Shown: positions 5,225 to 12,102 of the stretch, piece after piece
How the letters are laid out: every line of letters starts with the position of its first letter
How positions within the stretch are numbered: the stretch's first letter is position 1
NCBI RefSeq assembly: GCF_002218085.1
Contig: NZ_BDUC01000003.1
Location: 974,565 to 988,205, forward strand
Source: Tolypothrix sp. NIES-4075
GTDB lineage: Bacteria > Cyanobacteriota > Cyanobacteriia > Cyanobacteriales > Nostocaceae
Direction of reading: 5' to 3'
Length of the DNA stretch: 13,641 nt
Notes under the pieces: generated by a model
What the model saw: only the letters and a program-made list of their open reading frames with translations
The model's database searches: none
What the model was told of the DNA's origin: nothing
Made by a program: the position numbers and the translations under genes

Positions 5225-5264
5225 AAAGTTAGCCCGCACGCACCAAGCAACGCGGGCTAATTTT
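5225..5264. terminator. Hairpin shaped like a bidirectional intrinsic terminator: A-tract, 9-bp GC-rich stem, T-tract.
   Basis: aaag-ttagcccgc (5229-5237), a 14-nt loop, then gcgggctaa (5252-5260)-tttt. The 3' arm can pair instead with 5269-5281 (see findings). Confidence 0.4.
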
Positions 5265-5556
5265 GTCTGCCCGCGTTGCTTTCACCCAACATTCTTGAGG
5301 GCAATAAAACGCAACATCAACGATATCAATGTGCTGCGTCATGTTCTTTGAGCAAAACTACTGAAAAGAGTTTTCATTGCGTATAAACACTAAATACTGT
5401 CAGTATGAAAACGCTTTTTTCTTAAGCGAAAAAGCTTCATAAATTCACTTTAACTTTACCCGATTAAAGTGGATAAAAATTAAATTAGCTAATGAAATGG
5501 CTGAATCTGTTGCAAATAAACAGATTCGCATAACATCAAAAATTAGCGAGACAACT

Positions 5557-6633
5557 ATGACAGTAACTATCAAAAAATTATTGGTTGGTGCAACCGTAGC
5601 AGCAAGCATGAGCGCGATCGCTTCAACTCCAGCTTTCGCTACCAACCTTACCAAACCGACTAATATTCAATTCACCACCAACGGTGTCAAGAACACAGAT
5701 GCCAATAAAGCTAATATCAATACCTGGACTTACGGTTCTGTGGAATCCGATAAGACTGGTATCGGTGGTGTGAACCGACAAGTTTTAAACGATTATAAAA
5801 ACTACGGCAATACCAATAAAGCGATCGCAGCTTTAACAGACAACGATAGTACTACTAACGTTGAACTGTTTAACAATGGTGAAAATGTCTCAGATCATGT
5901 TGGCTTCACTGCTAATTTAGGAAAAAACACCATTAAGGTTGAAAGTGTCACTAAGGCTGACTGGGCTGATGGTACATTAGCGAAACAGTGGTTGACAGGC
6001 TTTAGCAATACTTACAGCGGATTAATGGCAAGCACTGCTACAACTCCTGGTTCTAACCTGCTCAAAGATTTTAATAATAATTTTGATTCTATAGTCAGCT
6101 ACCTCAGCACTAACGGTTTTAAGAGGGCTGACGATCCTAATATTGGGGATATTTCGTACGATAAACAGACTGGTAATTTGAAAGTTGACCTAGTTGGACA
6201 CTTGGATCTGGCTGGAAAATATGTAGATACCAGAAAACAAATTAAAGTGGGTAACACATTAGTAAATAACCCGGCTTATGGCAAAGGTTTATCGCCTGAG
6301 TATGACAGTTACAAGACGGGAAATGTAATCTTTGATGCAATGCTGTTTAGGTTATCTCAAACAGCAGTAGCCACAAATACAATGTTACAAATGAGTGAAA
6401 TTGCTAAAGTAACTTTCAATGGTCAAGTTGACTACGCATTTACCTTCGCAGCAAAAGATTCCGGTGCTATAGCAGGCGATCGCAACAAGCTCACTGATAC
6501 CACATCTCACACCGGCATTTACTCTTGGAATAAGACTCGCAAGAGAGTACCCGAACCTTCAGCCATTTTCGGTTTAGTAGCTGTCGGTGGTTTAGTAGTT
6601 GCTTCACGACGCAAGCGTATGCAAAATGCGTAG
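5557..6633 (+). CDS. PEP-CTERM-anchored secreted protein with an uncharacterised passenger domain. The alternative upstream ATG at 5497 is judged less likely.
   Basis: From ATG 5557 the product is MTVTIKKLLVGATVAASMSAIASTPAFA|TN..., a classic signal peptide. The C-terminus VPEPSAIFGLVAVGGLVVASRRKR is the PEP motif, a TM helix and an Arg-rich tail, i.e. the PEP-CTERM/exosortase sorting signal. Confidence 0.85.
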   Translation: MTVTIKKLLVGATVAASMSAIASTPAFATNLTKPTNIQFTTNGVKNTDANKANINTWTYGSVESDKTGIGGVNRQVLNDYKNYGNTNKAIAALTDNDSTTNVELFNNGENVSDHVGFTANLGKNTIKVESVTKADWADGTLAKQWLTGFSNTYSGLMASTATTPGSNLLKDFNNNFDSIVSYLSTNGFKRADDPNIGDISYDKQTGNLKVDLVGHLDLAGKYVDTRKQIKVGNTLVNNPAYGKGLSPEYDSYKTGNVIFDAMLFRLSQTAVATNTMLQMSEIAKVTFNGQVDYAFTFAAKDSGAIAGDRNKLTDTTSHTGIYSWNKTRKRVPEPSAIFGLVAVGGLVVASRRKRMQNA

Positions 6634-6771
6634 ATTTTGTATTTCACAGCTTGCTAAATTTAATAATTTGATTTTGGCAACTTTTCAGCAACTCAATTGA
6701 AATAAATGCGGTGTGAGGACAGATTGCATAAAGCAGTTTTAGCTGTCATCAATTAATGATAAATTTAAATT

Positions 6772-6810
6772 AGGGGTAGAACTTCAGTTTTACCCCTACT
6801 TACTTTTTAT
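6772..6810 (+). terminator. Candidate rho-independent terminator for the PEP-CTERM gene.
   Basis: aggggta (6772-6778), a 12-nt loop, then tacccct (6791-6797), followed by acttacttttt. Confidence 0.5.
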
Positions 6811-6835
6811 ATCAGTTAAGAGTTGTTATCAGCCA

Positions 6836-6867
6836 TACAAAAAACCCCTAGTATTTATACCAGGGGT
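6836..6867 (-). terminator. Candidate rho-independent terminator for clpC.
   Basis: On the minus strand, acccct/aggggt form a 6-bp stem (6844-6849 with 6862-6867), followed by a U-run (plus-strand caaaaaa at 6838-6844). It lies about 45 nt downstream of the clpC stop. Confidence 0.55.
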
Positions 6868-6909
6868 CAAATTTATATTTAATTCAAGCAAAAAGTGATT
6901 TGGAATAAA

Positions 6910-9357
6910 TTAGCCAACACTTGTTAATAACAACTCGCGTTTTTCTGTCTTACGTACTACCACCTGACCGTCGTCGTCAACGTCAACAATGGCTGAGTCT
7001 CCATCAACGACTTGACCGGATAGCATTGCTTCGGCGAGAGAATCTTCCAAAAGGCGCATAATCGCTCTACGTAACGGTCTAGCACCGTAGCTGGGGTCAT
7101 AACCTTCTTGTACCACACGCTCTTTGAAGCGTTCTGTGACTTCTAAGGTAATTCCCTTTTCAGTTAAGCGACCAGCAACTTCTTTGAGCATGATTTGGGC
7201 GATTTGCTTGACTTCTTCTTTGTTCAACTGAGTGAAGACGATAATCTCATCCAGACGGTTGAGGAACTCAGGACGGAAGTAAGCTTTTAATTCTTCGTTC
7301 ACCAAAGTTTTGATGCGGGTGTAATTTGCATCGGCTGCATTTTCGCTGAAATCGAAGCCCAAACCACCACCACCTTTTTCAATCACCTTAGAACCGATGT
7401 TAGAAGTCAAGATGATCAAAGTGTTCTTAAAGTCCACTTTTCGACCTTTCGCATCACTGAGATGACCGTCATCTAAGATTTGCAGCAGCATATTGAATAC
7501 ATCGGGGTGCGCTTTTTCGATTTCGTCGAATAGCAGCACTGTGTATGGTCTGCGGCGCACGGCTTCGGTTAGTTGTCCGCCTTCGTCGTATCCGACGTAA
7601 CCAGGAGGCGAACCAATTAACTTAGAAACGGTGTGACGTTCCATGTATTCCGACATATCCAAGCGAATCATTGCTTCTTCAGAACCGAAGAAGTAACTCG
7701 CTAAGGATTTTGCTAACTCGGTTTTACCGACTCCGGTAGGACCAGAGAAAATAAAGCTAGCGATCGGACGGTTGGGATTTTTTAAGCCAACTCTAGCGCG
7801 ACGAATGGCGCGAGATACTGAGGTAACTGCTTGTTCTTGACCGATAAGCCGTTGGTGGAGAGTATCTTCTAAGTGTAGAAGCAACTCTGACTCAGATTCG
7901 GTCAGCTTGTTGACGGGTACACCAGTCCAGGAAGCCACGATTTGGGCGATGTCTTCCTCATCAACGATTCCGTGGAAAGTTGCCTCGTTTTGTGATTCTA
8001 ATTGCAGTTGCGCTTCAATTTCTAACTCTTGGTCGCGCAGTTGTCCTGCTTTGTCAAAATCTTGAACTCTAACGGATTCATCTTTAGCTTTGGAAACGCT
8101 GATGAGTTGGCGCTTGAGTTCTTTGTTGGTAGAAGACATCGAGTTCCGCAGACGAACGCGAGAACCGGCTTCATCAATCAAGTCTATTGCTTTGTCTGGT
8201 AAGAAGCGATCGCTAATATAGCGGTCTGACAACTCAGCCGCAGCTTTTAGCGCTGCATCTGAAATTGTGACTCTGTGGTGCTGCTCGTAAACGCTCCGCA
8301 AGCCCTGTAGAATCTCGATGGTTTCCTGTACAGTGGGTTCCCCGACCATAATCGGTTGGAAACGACGCTCTAGAGCTGCATCGCGCTCGATGTGCTTGCG
8401 ATACTCATCAAGGGTAGTTGCTCCCAAGCATTGAAGTTCACCTCGCGCTAATGCTGGCTTGAGAATATTAGAAGCATCCAAGCCGCCTTCTGTGCCACCT
8501 GCACCAACAAGCGTGTGAATTTCATCTATCACGAGGATGATATTACCCGCCGTGCGGATTTCCTCCATGATTTTCTTCAGGCGTTCTTCAAAATCGCCAC
8601 GGAAGCGAGTACCTGACACCACCGAACCCATGTCTAGGCTGATAACTTGCTTGTCTTGCAAAATATCCGGCACATCTTGATTTATAATGCGTTGTGCTAG
8701 ACCTTCGGCGATCGCTGTTTTGCCTACTCCTGGTTCGCCAACCAACACTGGGTTATTCTTCGTGCGGCGACCGAGAATTTGCACGGCACGCTCAATTTCT
8801 TTTTCTCGACCAACTACAGGGTCAATCTTGCCTTCTTTGGCTAGTTTGGTGAGATTTCTGCCAAACTCTTCTATACTCAGGTTTTGGGTGCGTTTTTGAC
8901 CACCACCTGCGGTAACGCTTGCATCATCACCCAAGCGGCGAATGACTGCACTGCGGACACTTTGTAGCTCAACTCCCAGATTTTGCAGTACTTTGGCGGC
9001 AACGCCCTCACCAGCTTCAGTCAATCCCAAAAGTAGATGTTCTGTGTTTATGTAGTTGTGTCCCAGACTGCGAGCTTCTTTAAATGATTGCTCAAACAGG
9101 CTTTTTACTTTGGGTGTAAAGGGAATTTCTGGTGGTACAAAGCCTGTACCGCGACCAATGATTTTTTCTACTTCTCGACGTGCGTCTTTGAGGGTAACAC
9201 CCAACTCAGTCAGCACTTTTGCAGCCACCCCAGTTCCTTCTCCCATCAAGCCCAGGAGAATCTGTTCTGTGCCTACAAAGTTGTGTCCCAGGCGCCGAGC
9301 TTCCTCCTGAGCTAACATAATTACTCTAATGGCTTCGGAAGTGAAGTGTTCAAACAT
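6910..9357 (-). CDS. clpC: ATP-dependent Clp protease ATP-binding subunit ClpC (class I Clp/Hsp100, two AAA+ modules).
   Basis: The 815-aa product starts [37 protein letters not shown], followed by a second Clp_N repeat ([14 protein letters not shown]). Walker A motifs are GEPGVGKT and GPTGVGKT. There is a short UVR-like middle motif ([23 protein letters not shown]) and a GLGF ClpP-docking loop. The length and short M-domain fit ClpC rather than ClpB. Confidence 0.93.
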   Translation of the reverse strand: MFEHFTSEAIRVIMLAQEEARRLGHNFVGTEQILLGLMGEGTGVAAKVLTELGVTLKDARREVEKIIGRGTGFVPPEIPFTPKVKSLFEQSFKEARSLGHNYINTEHLLLGLTEAGEGVAAKVLQNLGVELQSVRSAVIRRLGDDASVTAGGGQKRTQNLSIEEFGRNLTKLAKEGKIDPVVGREKEIERAVQILGRRTKNNPVLVGEPGVGKTAIAEGLAQRIINQDVPDILQDKQVISLDMGSVVSGTRFRGDFEERLKKIMEEIRTAGNIILVIDEIHTLVGAGGTEGGLDASNILKPALARGELQCLGATTLDEYRKHIERDAALERRFQPIMVGEPTVQETIEILQGLRSVYEQHHRVTISDAALKAAAELSDRYISDRFLPDKAIDLIDEAGSRVRLRNSMSSTNKELKRQLISVSKAKDESVRVQDFDKAGQLRDQELEIEAQLQLESQNEATFHGIVDEEDIAQIVASWTGVPVNKLTESESELLLHLEDTLHQRLIGQEQAVTSVSRAIRRARVGLKNPNRPIASFIFSGPTGVGKTELAKSLASYFFGSEEAMIRLDMSEYMERHTVSKLIGSPPGYVGYDEGGQLTEAVRRRPYTVLLFDEIEKAHPDVFNMLLQILDDGHLSDAKGRKVDFKNTLIILTSNIGSKVIEKGGGGLGFDFSENAADANYTRIKTLVNEELKAYFRPEFLNRLDEIIVFTQLNKEEVKQIAQIMLKEVAGRLTEKGITLEVTERFKERVVQEGYDPSYGARPLRRAIMRLLEDSLAEAMLSGQVVDGDSAIVDVDDDGQVVVRKTEKRELLLTSVG

Positions 9358-9613
9358 AATGGGTTCTTGCTCCCTTGCTGCTTACGCTTAGAGTGAAAAT
9401 AATCTTCACTCTTTTTAAACTTTCATGTATTTTCTTAAGGACAATGTATCTTTATTTAAAGTGAAGTGGCAGTAGTGAGAGCCGTAAGGCTCAGGTGTGG
9501 TTGCCGTCTAATAGTAGATTGAAGAGGCTGGAGAGCCTGTGGAAGTCCAAAACTATAACTTTTGGCTCTTAAACTTAGCAAAAAAAATATAAAATTTTAA
9601 TTCGGTGTAAATT

Positions 9614-9910
9614 ATGACAGACGCATCTGTAGGTAAAGACCAACAACATCCGCTTTACAATCGCGATCGCCCTCTAATAGATAGTTTACTATCTCAAGAG
9701 CCAACAGATTACAATTTAGCAGAACTTGCTAGACTGCGAATGCGTTATCAAGGCTTTCCAGGTGCGAGAGACATCCAACAGAGTTTAGATAAAGTCTTGC
9801 TTACTTGGGGTTTGACAGAAGCGGAACTTTATGACAAAACCCGCCAAATTCACAACTTTGCGAAGATTTACAAAACTCGCGGCAAAAAAGAAGAACAAGA
9901 TTGGAATTAG
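9614..9910 (+). CDS. Small conserved cyanobacterial protein of unknown function. I believe it belongs to the DUF3288 family.
   Basis: The 98-aa ORF contains PTDYNLAELARLRMRYQGFPGARDIQQSLDKVLLTWGLTEAELYDKTRQIH. I recognise this as a cyanobacteria-restricted small-protein family. It is divergent from clpC. Confidence 0.7.
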   Translation: MTDASVGKDQQHPLYNRDRPLIDSLLSQEPTDYNLAELARLRMRYQGFPGARDIQQSLDKVLLTWGLTEAELYDKTRQIHNFAKIYKTRGKKEEQDWN

Positions 9911-9927
9911 GTATTGACACTCCCCCA

Positions 9928-10489
9928 CTAAGCTGATGAAGCCTTCTGACCTGCGACTAAATTTAATCGAGCAATTTTATTGCGTTCTGCTTGCTTGGTG
10001 ACAAGCTCAATAATGATTTGTCCGTTGTTTCCTAAAGCTGCAAGCAGACGCGATCGCCATTGCTGCACTTGCTCATCTGACTCACCGAGTAGTTGCTGTA
10101 CTAATTTTTGCAGAGCATTTGCGATCGCGCTATAGGGAATATTGCGCTGGAATTGATCAAATTTCCCCCAGATAAAATAGCCGCGCTTTTGGGTAATTGG
10201 TTTATATATTTCCTGCACTAACGCAGACTTCCCAATGCCAGCATAGCCAGATACCAACATCATTTCGACTTGGAATTTTGGGTTGCCCCCTTGTTCGGTT
10301 TGTGAAGTCGTTTCTCAATTGTTTGGTAAAGCAGCGACGCGATTTGACTCTGGACACGCTACGCGAACAAACGCCGCCAGTAACATTGTAACTTCCTTGT
10401 CCCGTCCATAAAGTTTTTGGGGAATTTGAAACTGATTACAAACGTCTTGAAGTGCCAGCTCAATACTAAAGATTTGACCGATTTCTTCT
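9928..10489 (-). pseudogene. Remnant, distal part, of a multidomain Ser/Thr-kinase/AAA-ATPase sensor protein. It covers the kinase-AAA linker and the Walker A region, has an in-frame TGA and is truncated at the 3' end.
   Basis: The two track ORFs (10315..10503 and 9928..10263) share a frame and are separated only by a TGA (plus-strand tca, 10315-10317). Motifs are FQIPQKLYGRDKEV..LLAAF and MLVSGYAGIGKSALVQEIYKPITQKRGYFIWGKFDQFQRNIPYSAI, typical of cyanobacterial kinase-AAA-GAF-histidine-kinase proteins. Everything after ...GNNGQIIIEL degenerates, and the ORF ends 18 nt from the neighbouring gene. Confidence 0.8.
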
Positions 10490-11462
10490 ATAGCAACCGC
10501 CAAGGCGGTTTGAGTATAAACTGGAAGAGTCCGTTTCCTTTTCCTGCAAAGCGCGATCGCGCTAACATATGCCCAAACCTTACAGTTACGACCTTCGTCA
10601 AAAGGTCATCCAAGCCATTGAACTTGATGGCTTGAAGAAAAGCGAGGTCAGTCAACTGTTCAATATTAGTCGCAATACCATAGACTTATGGCTGAAGCGA
10701 AAAAGCGAAACAGGCGACTTCCAAGCCTTAGCGAACAAGCCTCCTGGGAATGGTCATAAAATTACCGACTGGGAAAAATTCCGAGAGTTCGCTTTATCTC
10801 ATGGGGATAAAACCCAAGTCGAGATGGCCTCACTTTGGGAGGGACAAATCAGCGATCGCACCATTTCACGAGCGTTAAAAAAAATTGGCTTCACTCGAAA
10901 AAAAAGACCTACGGCTACCGTGAGCGCGATGAAGACAAACGGCAAGCGTTTGTAGCGCAGTTATCCACCCTATCTGTAAAGAAAATTGTTTACCTTGATG
11001 AGTCTGGTATGGATAACCGAGAGGACTATGAGTATGGTTGGAATGAAAAAGGGCAGCGCTTCCATGCAATGCGCGTCAGGCCGTCGTCAGGGTCGGGTAA
11101 ACATGATTGCCGCACTATGTGACCAAAACTTGATCGCTCCCTTCACTATTGAGGGTGCATGTAATCGAACAGTATTTGAAACATGGTTGGAAACCTGTTT
11201 GCTTCCTATACTCGAACCAGGACAGGTTGTAGTCATGGATAATGCAACGTTCCATAAAGGTGGGTGCATTCAACAACTGATCCAGGATGCGGGATGTGAA
11301 GTGCTATACTTACCACCTTATTCTCCAGACCTTAACAAGATTGAAAAATGCTGGTCTTGGTTAAAAAGTCGAATCCGCAAAAAGCTGGATCAGTTCGATT
11401 GTTTACGAGATGCCATTGAGCATGTCTTGCGTTTGACGTCTTAACCGCCTTGGCGATTGCTA
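10490..11462 (+). mobile_element. IS630-family (Tc1/mariner-like) insertion sequence, 973 bp, with 20-bp terminal inverted repeats and a TA target-site duplication.
   Basis: The left end is tagcaaccgccaaggcggtt (10490-10509). The right end is aaccgccttggcgattgcta (11443-11462), whose reverse complement tagcaatcgccaaggcggtt matches 19/20. It is flanked by TA at 10488-10489 and 11463-11464. Removing the IS and one TA restores the host reading frame (...ADQLEEIGQIF...). Confidence 0.9.
10569..11444 (+). CDS. IS630-family DDE transposase. Three frame segments (0, then -1, then back to 0) are needed to make the full protein, so this copy is probably defective.
   Basis: The HTH N-terminus is MPKPYSYDLRQKVIQAIE...SRNTIDLWLKRK. 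The catalytic residues sit in YLDESG, VVMDNATFHK and PYSPDLNKIEKCWSWLK. The frame changes at the A8 run 10898-10905 and again near the gcgcg at 11070-11075. Confidence 0.85.
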
Positions 11463-11774
11463 TAATTGATCAGCACAGATTTCTAAATCCGCTTTGATTC
11501 CCCAGGCACTCTGATAGCGATCTTCTGCATTTTTTGCCATCAGTTTGAGAATGATATCTGAAACTGGCTTGGGAATCGTTGTATTTATTTCATGAGGCAG
11601 AGGTGGCTGCTTGGCAATATGACAATGGACTAGCTCAAGGATGTCCGTTGTTGGAAACGGCAGATGTCCGGTTAGCAGTTTGTAGAACGTCACACCAAGA
11701 AAGTAAAAATCGGTGCGGTAATCGAGTAAACGGTTCATCCGTCCGGTTTGCTCTGGAGATAGATATGCAGGCGC
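11463..11774 (-). pseudogene. Remnant, proximal part, of the same Ser/Thr-kinase gene. Only the kinase C-lobe is present. The N-lobe and catalytic loop are missing, and weak similarity may extend to about 11837.
   Basis: The minus-strand translation is ...APAYLSPEQTGRMNRLLDYRTDFYFLGVTFYKLLTGHLPFPTTDILELVHCHIAKQPPLP...AEDRYQSAWGIKADLEICADQL. This carries the kinase subdomain VIII-XI signature of cyanobacterial sensor kinases. An in-frame TGA lies at 11775-11777, and there is no recognisable kinase sequence further upstream. Confidence 0.8.
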
Positions 11775-12102
11775 TCACAAATTCGCCTTTAAAATAGTTG
11801 ATATGGGGGCGATTTGCTGCTTGACATCAGCAAAAATTTATTCTGATTTTTTCCCCCACTCATGATGATCGCATTTCCCCAAGTTGTGCCATAATGTCAC
11901 GAGCAAAAAGTTAATACCGCGCTCTGACACCCCCAATCAAAGGGCAAGTGCGATCGCCCTCATTAACTCAGCCGCTCGACCCCACCAACATTTCCTGCCA
12001 CGGGATAATGTGGTTGAGCCAATAGGGGCAATATTTATAAACCTTGAAAAAAAGGCAAATTTTCCAAAATTTATTCTGTAGCAGAGTTGAGAAGAGATTT
12101 AG

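Noticed and set aside
5445-5654. The minus-strand 69-aa ORF overlapping the start of the PEP-CTERM gene.
   Set aside because: It is antisense to a gene with strong signal-peptide and PEP-CTERM evidence. The hydrophobic sequence is the mirror of the signal-peptide region.
8687-9315. Plus-strand ORFs 8687..8899, 9056..9310 and 9088..9315.
   Set aside because: They are antisense shadows inside clpC. Their Arg/Pro/Ser-rich composition is typical of the reverse frame of a GC-moderate gene.
10197-11797. ORFs 10197..10391(+), 10417..10635(+), 10875..11069(-), 11087..11269(-) and 11579..11797(+).
   Set aside because: They overlap the kinase remnant or the IS transposase on the opposite strand or in a different frame. 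None has a motif, and some span the IS/host junction, which cannot be an ancestral gene.
11884-12081. The 65-aa ORF in the spacer upstream of the GH2 gene, and a possible ncRNA in 11780-12100.
   Set aside because: The ORF has an unremarkable sequence and no start context or motif. I could not recognise any RNA family. The only structure is a short hairpin, ttgctg-cttgacat-cagcaa (about 11814-11833). Evidence is insufficient for a call.
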